Shown here: positions 50,508-58,783 of the stretch, piece by piece
Layout of the letters: every line of letters starts with the position of its first letter
How positions within the stretch are numbered: the stretch's first letter is position 1
Virus record (IMG/VR): IMGVR_UViG_3300037963_004147
Span: 32,001-96,000 of that record
Strand: one strand, 5' to 3'
DNA: 64,000 bases
Origin: a virus
Notes under the pieces: generated by a model
What the model saw: only the letters and a program-made list of their open reading frames with translations
Told to the model about the DNA's origin: nothing
Databases searched by the model: none
Translations under genes and position numbers: made by a program

Positions 50508-51341
50508 TTAAAATATATATCTAATTGTATCAAGATTGAAATAGCAAGAGTATAACTGTTTAAACTCCTCAAGTAATCTTGTTTTATGTTTTATAGGATA
50601 TCTCATAATACCTTTGCTATTCTTTTTTTCATAAGCCCTTCTCATAAGCTCTTGTGCTTCTGGTGAAGCTTTAGCCATTTGATTAGCATGATTAGTTAAT
50701 GCAATTACTTCACATTTATTTTCACCTGCTATTTTAGCTACCATATGAAATAGTTCTTGATATTCTTCTTTCCATCCTGGATAAAATACTAATGGACTAT
50801 AATTAACATGAACTTCCCATCCTAATATTTTAAGCCTATTAATATCATGAATTCTTGACTTTATGCCTTGCATCTTAGGTTCAAGTATATTTGAATACTT
50901 TTGTGGCATTAAACTAACTCTTACTCTAGGTGCTTTATTAAAATGTAAAACATCTAGTTTTAAACGCTTAGGGTATTTAGTAGCCATTGTTGTATTTAAT
51001 CTAGGATGATCATCATACCTTTTAAGGTAATCAATTAAAGGTTCTGGCAATTTCTTTTGCATTAATACTAAATCTGTATTGCATGCTATATCTACCATAG
51101 TATATATAGGATCCTGTTGATCTGGGACTTTGGTAAAACCTTTTTCCCATTCTACAACAGACTGAAATATTTCATCAACATTTTCATTTACAAAGACTCT
51201 ATGACCATTATATCTAGACATATAACAATAGGTATCTACACAACCTCCAAAGCATCCGTAGATTAAATTGGGAGCTATGCAGTTTGCACTATTATTATTG
51301 TTTTTAGTAATTAAAGTTTTAGTTTTTTGATACTTTATCAT
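50508..51341 (-). CDS. Spore photoproduct lyase-like radical SAM protein
   Basis: GCFGGCVDTYCYM cluster motif, DIACNTD (SPL E-x-x-C-x-x-D), ATK, RVSLMP, VNYSP, MRY, C-terminal YIF. Confidence 0.8.
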   Translation of the reverse strand: MIKYQKTKTLITKNNNNSANCIAPNLIYGCFGGCVDTYCYMSRYNGHRVFVNENVDEIFQSVVEWEKGFTKVPDQQDPIYTMVDIACNTDLVLMQKKLPEPLIDYLKRYDDHPRLNTTMATKYPKRLKLDVLHFNKAPRVRVSLMPQKYSNILEPKMQGIKSRIHDINRLKILGWEVHVNYSPLVFYPGWKEEYQELFHMVAKIAGENKCEVIALTNHANQMAKASPEAQELMRRAYEKKNSKGIMRYPIKHKTRLLEEFKQLYSCYFNLDTIRYIF

Positions 51342-51356
51342 TTAACATAATTTAAA

Positions 51357-51415
51357 AGGGGTGGGTACGCCCCATGACAAAACGTACCCAATAACAATCA
51401 ATTATGGCTACCCCT
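51357..51415 (-). other. Structured intergenic RNA upstream of SPL-like gene
   Basis: AGGGG/CCCCU outer stem with a 12-bp inner hairpin UGGGUACGUUUU/GGGGCGUACCCA (four G-U pairs), followed by UUU. Confidence 0.55.
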
Positions 51416-51421
51416 AGTATA

Positions 51422-52660
51422 TTAAAATGGAAGATCATCTAATGGACCTTCACTTATTTGATATCCTTCTTTTAACTTTATAGATTCAAAATCAACAGTT
51501 AAAGTTTTAGAATTTTTAAATCCTGCATTTTGACCAATAACATAATTAAATACAGCTTCTGCAATTTTTCTATATGCAAATGATGTTAATGCATTTTCTT
51601 TATGCAGCTCTTTGCATAGATGATCATAACCAAATATTCTTGATCTATCCCATCTACAACTAAAGCCTGAAAGTCTTTTTCTTAATGCTTTAACATTTAC
51701 AGAATTCCAATTCTTACCATATCTTAGCCAATCTTCATAAAAGAAGAATAAACATGCTAGTTTATCAATAGATTTTTCAACATTACAATTTGACATTATT
51801 TCTAATCCCATCATTACATTTTCTGGATCAGCACTTTTAAACATAGCTTCTAGACTTTTATATTGTTCTTCAGTAAGAACAACAGAATCTTCATTACATA
51901 TTTTTACTAAATCTGTATCTAATATGATTTTTTGGTCATCGGTTATATTTCTTAAAGTATTTAGTTGATCTACATTAGAATAAATATACATGTTTTCATT
52001 TCCATGTTTTATATTTTGTTCTAAATCTCTATAACTTTTTTGTACAGTACTTCTCAAATTTTGAATCTCTGTAATATTATCACAGTTATATCTATATTGA
52101 AAAGCTACACGGAATCTTGCATCTATATCTTTTATACTTGTAATGAATTCAGATAGTGCAGACTTTAACTCTTGAGTCATATGATCCGCTATTTCTTTTA
52201 GATACTTTTTAAAAAGATCTTTTGTAAGAAAAGTGTAGTAACTATAATCTGCCATGCTTTCAATAAATCTTTGAGATACAATTAATAAATCAGCTTTATC
52301 TGGCTTCCTTGTAACTTTAACATTATATTTATCTTTCAGATTATTAACCTTCATTGTTGGTAAATCTAACTTTGGAAATCTATATATAGACTTATCTTTT
52401 ATATCACCTATTTCAGATAATTCAAACCCAAGTTGTGAAGCATCAATATTATATCTCCAACGAGATTCATTATGAATAACTTCAAATCCCTTGAAATAAT
52501 TAAAACCTACATCATCTTGTATAAGTTCAGCTTTTGTAGTATTACAAATCTGAGTTTTTGAATTAGCAAATGAATTCATTCCAATCATTCTTTTAGCTCC
52601 TGCAGCTTCTTGACTTAAGCATTCATCTCTTAATATTATTTCAAAATTATATATTCTCAT
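51422..52660 (-). CDS. BRCT-like domain protein with SxDxEN helical motif and DDLPF tail
   Basis: SIYRFPKLDL...KVTRKPDKADLLIVS (BRCT-like), LTEEQYKSLEAMFKSADPENVMMGLEIM, C-terminal DDLPF. Confidence 0.6.
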   Translation of the reverse strand: MRIYNFEIILRDECLSQEAAGAKRMIGMNSFANSKTQICNTTKAELIQDDVGFNYFKGFEVIHNESRWRYNIDASQLGFELSEIGDIKDKSIYRFPKLDLPTMKVNNLKDKYNVKVTRKPDKADLLIVSQRFIESMADYSYYTFLTKDLFKKYLKEIADHMTQELKSALSEFITSIKDIDARFRVAFQYRYNCDNITEIQNLRSTVQKSYRDLEQNIKHGNENMYIYSNVDQLNTLRNITDDQKIILDTDLVKICNEDSVVLTEEQYKSLEAMFKSADPENVMMGLEIMSNCNVEKSIDKLACLFFFYEDWLRYGKNWNSVNVKALRKRLSGFSCRWDRSRIFGYDHLCKELHKENALTSFAYRKIAEAVFNYVIGQNAGFKNSKTLTVDFESIKLKEGYQISEGPLDDLPF

Positions 52661-53685
52661 TTTAAATATTTTTTATATTCTGGTTTAACACTTACTTTGA
52701 ATACATAAAGCTCTCTATTATGTATAGATATTTCTTTACGTACTGTTTTTTCTAGATATCTAAATGATTCACTATTTAGCTTTTCTTCTTTTTCAAGTTT
52801 CATGATCATATCTTCTGCTGAAGAATGATACAATTCACTTAGTTCAGATTTTTCTAACCAATACTTTACATCTTTATCTCTATTAAATTTATACGTATAA
52901 CTATACACAGTTTGAGCTAATTCCCACATTAAATGTGGTTTGTTTTTATAATTAATAGTTGGAATAATTTTAGCAGCAACTGCTATATTTTCATCATCAT
53001 GTGATTCTACCCAAGTATTTATTTCTTTCACTAAATCTTCAGTTAGATCTATTTGATTAGCAGACGCATGTAAAAGATTTTCTTCATCTATAACTTCTAT
53101 TTCACTGGTATCTATAAGATATGCAATATTCAAAGCTAATCCTGTAATACCCCATTCATCCATTAAAGTTATAGGGTTTGCACAATTATAGCTTCGTATA
53201 CCACGATCATTCCATTTGTCATCCCATATAACTGGATTATGATGATTCTTTATTATACCACTACTTGGAACATCTTTACCATTAAAAGCTTCATAATTCC
53301 ATAATCTATACATAAGCTTAGTGGTTTTTATTTTATCACCATTAGTAAACTTTTGATAGAAGTCATCATTAGTTATTATAAAATCAGCTTTTTCATAGTC
53401 ATTTGTTATAGTAACTTTATGTTCTTTACAAGCAGCTTTTAATCTATCTTGTGTAACAGAACAACCTGGCATTATAAAAGCTCTTTTGTAGTTCTGTATT
53501 TTAGTACCATCAATAGTTTCATCTGTCAGCAAGTCTCTTACTTTATTAAAAGTAGTTTTATCTTGCGTTATAAGCACATCATCTACTTGACTGGAAGTAA
53601 TGACCCCATAAAAGGGGTCACTATCCAAGCCAAAATGTTTTAGTGCATCATTATTATAATCTTGATAAACATTTTTATTTGCCAT
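52657..53685 (-). CDS. BRCT-like domain protein, paralogue of 51422
   Basis: RAFIMPGCSVTQDRLKAACKEHKVTITNDYEKADFIIT; LTEDLVKEINTWVESHDDENIAVAAKII. Confidence 0.6.
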   Translation of the reverse strand: MANKNVYQDYNNDALKHFGLDSDPFYGVITSSQVDDVLITQDKTTFNKVRDLLTDETIDGTKIQNYKRAFIMPGCSVTQDRLKAACKEHKVTITNDYEKADFIITNDDFYQKFTNGDKIKTTKLMYRLWNYEAFNGKDVPSSGIIKNHHNPVIWDDKWNDRGIRSYNCANPITLMDEWGITGLALNIAYLIDTSEIEVIDEENLLHASANQIDLTEDLVKEINTWVESHDDENIAVAAKIIPTINYKNKPHLMWELAQTVYSYTYKFNRDKDVKYWLEKSELSELYHSSAEDMIMKLEKEEKLNSESFRYLEKTVRKEISIHNRELYVFKVSVKPEYKKYLK

Positions 53686-53686
53686 A

Positions 53687-54964
53687 TTATTTTATAGTCA
53701 TTTTAATTATCTCAGGCTTCATCATAAGTTTATTAAACTTAGCTTTGTTACCATTAAATATAGTTCTCACAACTAAATACTTAAGATCATTTGTGAAATA
53801 GTCTTTTGTGCATAAAGTTTCTAATCTATCAGTTATTTTTTGATTGATTGTATTATCCTTTGAATACACAACAGCGAAGTTTGCAAGTCTTGTTGCAAGA
53901 GTTGATGCAATATCTGCACGATATTCATCATCTTTTCCTATACATCCTGTTAGTTCACCAAGAATATATTGTTCATTATCATGAGTCAATAAATCTTTTG
54001 GAGTAACAAGTTTATCTAACTTATTATTAATAAATGTAGTAAACATAGATGCAAATTCATCTCCAACACTACCTTCACCAATCATTTGAATATAAGGTAA
54101 GTTATCTTCAAAATTTTCAAAGCTAGATATAGCATTAAAGAATGTAGTTATTGCTCTTGCATTTGTTTCTTGCGTTACAAGCTCTGGATGAAGTAGCATA
54201 AAGTTAATACATCTTGTATCAATACCTGCTTCTTCTGCCCAACGAGCCCATACTTCAGTATCATATTGCAGATTAGCTGTAATATAACGTGTCTTCTGTG
54301 CAGCATCAACTGAATTAACCATATAGTCTCCGTTATCCGGATTTGCGGTTAATACAATATGCCAGTCTTTTGGTAAAGTCCAAGAGATATACGTCTGACG
54401 ATCTATCAGCTCCATCACGGCTTGAATAAATCTAACGTCTGCACGATTCCAATCATCAAGAAGAAGGATTCCACCTTTCTTCTTACCAGAAATCCACTCA
54501 GGTGCACAATAAGACATTCTATTCTTACCGGTTAGTTTAAAACCATTCTTTAAATAATCACTTACTGCAAGTTCACTTACCCACTGCCCAATCTTCTTTG
54601 TAACAGAAGTACCTTTAGCTAGTGCAGCAACGTCTGATGATGCAGCTTTCTTACCCGCACCATAATTTACAGTATCTTGATTTTTATTCAATGATATAAC
54701 TTGTTCTTTATACATTTGGAACTCTCTCACTGGAAAGCCAACAAGATCACCAAGCTCTTCAATTTGAGCTAAATTTAATTTAACAAAATCAAGGTCATGA
54801 TCCTCAGCAATTTGTTTTACTGTGGATGTTTTACCAATACCCGATTCACCAAGAACTTCTACTGATACAGGAAGTTTTCCCTGATCTTGTAGAAATCTAT
54901 TATTAGTTATCATGTGGGACATAAATCCCTTTAAATCATCAATGTTAAGATTAACTTGTGCCAT
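53687..54964 (-). CDS. MoxR-like AAA+ ATPase
   Basis: Walker A GESGIGKT, GDLVGFP, Walker B ILLLDDWNRA, sensor LTANP, DAAQKTR. Adjacent to a VWA gene. Confidence 0.85.
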   Translation of the reverse strand: MAQVNLNIDDLKGFMSHMITNNRFLQDQGKLPVSVEVLGESGIGKTSTVKQIAEDHDLDFVKLNLAQIEELGDLVGFPVREFQMYKEQVISLNKNQDTVNYGAGKKAASSDVAALAKGTSVTKKIGQWVSELAVSDYLKNGFKLTGKNRMSYCAPEWISGKKKGGILLLDDWNRADVRFIQAVMELIDRQTYISWTLPKDWHIVLTANPDNGDYMVNSVDAAQKTRYITANLQYDTEVWARWAEEAGIDTRCINFMLLHPELVTQETNARAITTFFNAISSFENFEDNLPYIQMIGEGSVGDEFASMFTTFINNKLDKLVTPKDLLTHDNEQYILGELTGCIGKDDEYRADIASTLATRLANFAVVYSKDNTINQKITDRLETLCTKDYFTNDLKYLVVRTIFNGNKAKFNKLMMKPEIIKMTIK

Positions 54965-54974
54965 AATTGTTTTT

Positions 54975-56132
54975 TTAATTTAGTTGTATTTTTTTTCCTG
55001 GTAATTCATCATTTATTCTACTCCTAGAACTATGTACCCAAAGTGTATTATTTGGACAATCTTCTGGAGGCCATGCTTCACCATCTGTTAAATATATAAG
55101 GGCTGTGTATTTTCCCTTTTGTTCATTATAATGATCAATAACTGGTTGAAATGATGTACCACCTCTACCATGTATTTCCCAATCTTTCTTTGGATTAAAA
55201 TCCTCTACTTTATTTAGCCGTGTATCACATTGTGCTACAGTAATCTTATGACCTGTTTTGTGCATATGGCATAATTCACTAAAGAATTCTTTCAACTCCT
55301 CATTACATACTGAACCTGATGTATCAACACCAACTAGTATATGATTTTTAAATTTAATTTTTAATCCAGGGTTTTCTATGTACCTTTTATTATACTTTCT
55401 TCTTAGTTTCTTTGTATAAACTATAGAAGAATTACCAACAAATCTTCTTAGATAAGCCTTCCAATTAAATTTAGGAGGTTCAATATGTCTTAATCTTTTA
55501 ATAAGATCACTGAGCTCTCCAGGAATGTTTCCTTGTCTTTTTTCTGTTAATTCAGCATTCTCTTTAAGTTGATGCTCAATTTGTTTTTGAATTAACTTTT
55601 TTTCTGCTTCTGGAATATCTTCAACTTCTTCCCAAGTTTTATGACAATATGGACTTTCACCATCCATTTGATCAAGCATACTTTCTAATGATGGCGATGT
55701 TCCATCTTGTTTAGCTTCTTCTAAAAGTTTATAATATTCAAAAGTACCAGCTCTTTCAGGAAGATCAAGTTCAGGAAACGTATCCATTGTTATACCACCG
55801 TCCGGTAAATCATTAGCATTTATATATTGATTAATCTCAAGATCTGCAGCTATATTAAATAACTTCTTATCTGCAAAAGAATCTCTAACTAAAAGATGAC
55901 CAAATGATATATGTAATAATTCATGCTTCATCAATCCAATTCTGTGTCTTTCTGAAAGATCAGATACAAAATCTGGATTTACTGTAAGTTGAACACCAAT
56001 ACCATTTTTGGATACACCAGCTGTAGGTATTTTATCAGTATAAACCTTATTAAGGCCAATCAAAAAGAGCCCGTAAAAGGGCTCTTCAAAAATTAATGTT
56101 TTTGTTGCTTTAGATATTAAGTTTGCTACCAT
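54975..56132 (-). CDS. Metallopeptidase-like + VWA domain protein (DUF2201-type)
   Basis: HELLH...NIAADLEINQ N-domain; MIDAS DTSGS, GRGGTSF, YLTDG. Confidence 0.85.
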   Translation of the reverse strand: MVANLISKATKTLIFEEPFYGLFLIGLNKVYTDKIPTAGVSKNGIGVQLTVNPDFVSDLSERHRIGLMKHELLHISFGHLLVRDSFADKKLFNIAADLEINQYINANDLPDGGITMDTFPELDLPERAGTFEYYKLLEEAKQDGTSPSLESMLDQMDGESPYCHKTWEEVEDIPEAEKKLIQKQIEHQLKENAELTEKRQGNIPGELSDLIKRLRHIEPPKFNWKAYLRRFVGNSSIVYTKKLRRKYNKRYIENPGLKIKFKNHILVGVDTSGSVCNEELKEFFSELCHMHKTGHKITVAQCDTRLNKVEDFNPKKDWEIHGRGGTSFQPVIDHYNEQKGKYTALIYLTDGEAWPPEDCPNNTLWVHSSRSRINDELPGKKIQLN

Positions 56133-56572
56133 TTTATATTAAGTTTTGCTTCTATAAATTCATATCCTGTTAAACACGAAGCTACATGACTTTCACATAT
56201 CTTCTTAAATATTTGTTTAGCAATAGGATTTTTAGATTCCTTTACAGTTTTATGTAGGTTCTTAAGAAGAAGTGCTGTTTCATCATCCCAGAAATTATAC
56301 CAACGATTAGAATTTCCTATATTTGGTATTCCTTTAGTAAGGGGTTGTAAAATTGTTTTATCTTTATCATTCATAAATTTAACATAGAAATCTCTATCTT
56401 TATTACTTAATAATTTTAAAAACAAAAAATGAAATACAGGATCAGGTTTTATATTAGATATATTTTCTAGTGCTATATTTACATCTTCATTAGATTTTGA
56501 ATTTAGTGCTTTACTAATACTCATAAAACCATCTACATCAAGTATATTTTTTAATTCATTTATCTCCATCAA
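56126..56572 (-). CDS. Hypothetical protein with the SxxxE(N/D) helical motif
   Basis: LDVDGFMSISKALNSKSNEDVNIALENISN aligns with the helical motif of 51422 and 52657. Confidence 0.65.
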   Translation of the reverse strand: MMEINELKNILDVDGFMSISKALNSKSNEDVNIALENISNIKPDPVFHFLFLKLLSNKDRDFYVKFMNDKDKTILQPLTKGIPNIGNSNRWYNFWDDETALLLKNLHKTVKESKNPIAKQIFKKICESHVASCLTGYEFIEAKLNIKW

Positions 56573-56916
56573 TCTTCAATTTTAATTGTTCTTCTCATCC
56601 ATTCTGGACGAATCTTTTTATTTATGCAAACCAACCACTCTTTAGCAGTTGGAATATGATTATTACAATCTTCTTTTACATGTTGCTCACCAACATACCG
56701 TGTATATACAGTTTTACCATCAGAATTAGTAAAGGATTCTCCAAATATCTTTTCACATTCAAATATTCCTTCACTATGATGTCTATACATTCTATGATAA
56801 GAATTGCCAATCCAAGCTTTAGTTTCATCAAACCAATTATGGATATGCATATAGTCTTTTTCTAAACCACCCCATTTTTTTACAGATGATTTAGCATGTC
56901 TTAAAGGATGTGCCAT
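56569..56916 (-). CDS. His-rich protein (DUF6915-like)
   Basis: HP..HA.SS.KKWGG, IH.WFD.TK, HR..RHH.EG, EQHV.ED pattern. Confidence 0.7.
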   Translation of the reverse strand: MAHPLRHAKSSVKKWGGLEKDYMHIHNWFDETKAWIGNSYHRMYRHHSEGIFECEKIFGESFTNSDGKTVYTRYVGEQHVKEDCNNHIPTAKEWLVCINKKIRPEWMRRTIKIED

Positions 56917-57278
56917 TAAATTTCAAATTGCCAATCATGTTCCTCTACAGTTCTTTGACAATAAGCAAGTTCTACTTCATTTCTTTTTACATCCCAATGT
57001 ATCTGACCATAACCTCCTTCATTATTAACCCAATCTCCTACTTTATCTACATTACGGCATATCACAAAATATGCCCAATCTCTTAAAAGTTTATAATCAT
57101 TATGATCAAGTACTTGATTTGCTGCATCATTAGATAGATAACCATTAGCTGTCTCAAATTCTATATCACCCACATCTCCATCATCTCCTGATCCATCAAA
57201 GCCTACATTTACTAGATCTACATTTAAATCAAGAAGCTTTAGTCTCAACATCTTTTTTAATTCTTCGTTTCTTTCCAT
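56916..57278 (-). CDS. Acidic protein (DUF6878-like)
   Basis: FDGSGDDG and W.NNEGGYG motifs. Confidence 0.7.
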   Translation of the reverse strand: MERNEELKKMLRLKLLDLNVDLVNVGFDGSGDDGDVGDIEFETANGYLSNDAANQVLDHNDYKLLRDWAYFVICRNVDKVGDWVNNEGGYGQIHWDVKRNEVELAYCQRTVEEHDWQFEI

Positions 57279-57654
57279 TTTGATTATTTTTTATAATTTC
57301 AATTATTACTCCTGGATTTTCTTTATCATATTCATATGATTTAAATACAGGTATCATATTTACCATATTATCATCTTCAATCCAACCGTGTGTAACCATA
57401 TCATCTTGTACAGTCTGGGCAGGATTTATATAATCAAACTTATGTTTAGTACCGCGAATAAATGTGAAAGCTATTTTGACTGGTAGTTTATGCTTCTTAA
57501 GTTCTTTTTGAAACTCAGGAGCATACTGTTGATAGAAAGATTTAGTATCTTTTCTATATTTCATAACTGTTTTACTAGATATGAAGTACTTGCCTGTCCA
57601 TCTTCTTCCATTTTTACTGGATGGTACATTTCCGGGTATAAACCATTTTTTCAT
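57229..57654 (-). CDS. rusA: RusA-like Holliday junction resolvase
   Basis: IPGNVPSSKN N-terminus, DYIN...QD...IEDD acidic triad. Confidence 0.7.
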   Translation of the reverse strand: MKKWFIPGNVPSSKNGRRWTGKYFISSKTVMKYRKDTKSFYQQYAPEFQKELKKHKLPVKIAFTFIRGTKHKFDYINPAQTVQDDMVTHGWIEDDNMVNMIPVFKSYEYDKENPGVIIEIIKNNQNGKKRRIKKDVETKAS

Positions 57655-58628
57655 AAGCTTAATGTTGATTTTAATAATGGCTTTAGTTTAGAATGAAATA
57701 TTTCTAATCCATGCTTTTGCATTGCTTCTGCAGGATCATTCTCAATTGGACAAGTAAAACCATTTAAATTATAAACACTTTTATATTTTGCTACTGCTTT
57801 TTTACCTGCAGAGTCATTATCAAAAAGTGTAATTATCTTATTATACTTTGTTTTTAAATTTTCTATGATATATGGTTTTATCATAGTATTTTCACTATCT
57901 GGAGCAATCAACTCTATATTATAACCCATACTTTTAATAGTCATCAAATCTTTTAATGATGAAACTATAACTAAATAAGGTTGATTATACTTTAATTGAT
58001 CTAGTCCTTGTATATGTGATTTAACTTTAAAAAACTTTCTTTTTAAATTTTTAGGTTGGTATATTTTAAATATATCATCATCAGCTGTATAAAAGCCATA
58101 ACAATATGCATTTTGAACTTTTAAAGCTTTAATAGAATTGTTTTCTTCTTTCACTAAATTATAATATTCAATAGGATAAACATTATATTCATTTAATAAA
58201 CTACTACCAATTCTATATTGTAACCAATAATCTGCATCATTAGATGTCCACTTTCTTTTCTTTACAAAATCAAGTTTCCATTTTGCTTCAGGCTTTAAGT
58301 TAATTTTAACACATCCATTTTGTGTTACAAATTTGTTATAATCATTTATAATCTTTTCAACAGCTGCAGAATAATTTAAATCAAATAATTGTTGTACTAA
58401 ATTGATTTTATTACCATACTTACCTGTAGAAAAGTCTTTAAATTTATAACATCTATTCTTTTTATCAACAAAAATACATAGACTAGGAGTTCTTTCTCCA
58501 GGATTCCATATTGATTTTATCTTGATATCTTGACCTGTAAGCTTTTCATTTAAATTTAGATAATACTGAAAAACCCAGTAGCTTGGAACAGATGCTTCAT
58601 TTACAACTAAGTTTTTAGTATTTATCAT
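57651..58628 (-). CDS. crAss-type DNA primase (TOPRIM)
   Basis: ERTPS...FKDF N-domain, KIYQP, SSLKD, SEN, LFDND..G, DP motifs. Confidence 0.8.
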   Translation of the reverse strand: MINTKNLVVNEASVPSYWVFQYYLNLNEKLTGQDIKIKSIWNPGERTPSLCIFVDKKNRCYKFKDFSTGKYGNKINLVQQLFDLNYSAAVEKIINDYNKFVTQNGCVKINLKPEAKWKLDFVKKRKWTSNDADYWLQYRIGSSLLNEYNVYPIEYYNLVKEENNSIKALKVQNAYCYGFYTADDDIFKIYQPKNLKRKFFKVKSHIQGLDQLKYNQPYLVIVSSLKDLMTIKSMGYNIELIAPDSENTMIKPYIIENLKTKYNKIITLFDNDSAGKKAVAKYKSVYNLNGFTCPIENDPAEAMQKHGLEIFHSKLKPLLKSTLSL

Positions 58629-58643
58629 ATTTGTAAATTTAAT

Positions 58644-58774
58644 AAAAAAAAAGATGCGGCAGGGGATAAGTCCTACGCCACCCTGCCTTAAGAAATAGTA
58701 CCGTCATTTAAAGGACTGCCTTATCTTACATCTTGCACATTATGTTTTACATTAAAACACCCACGCAACGCGGG
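58644..58774 (-). other. Structured intergenic RNA/terminator with possible pseudoknot
   Basis: Hairpins CCCGCG/CGUGGG and UGUUUUA/UAAAACA. Outer stem AAGAUGU/GCAUCUU encloses GGCAGGG/CCCUGCC, whose loop (AGGACUUAUC) is complementary to upstream GAUAAG and AGUCCU. Ends in a run of nine U. Confidence 0.6.
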
Positions 58775-58783
58775 AAAAAGATT

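Noticed and set aside
58658-58717. HDV-like ribozyme on + strand (GGCAGGG P1, AGTCCT P2)
   Set aside because: Only 6 nt lie between P2 and P1', leaving no room for P3/L3/P1.1. It is kept only as a generic pseudoknot candidate.
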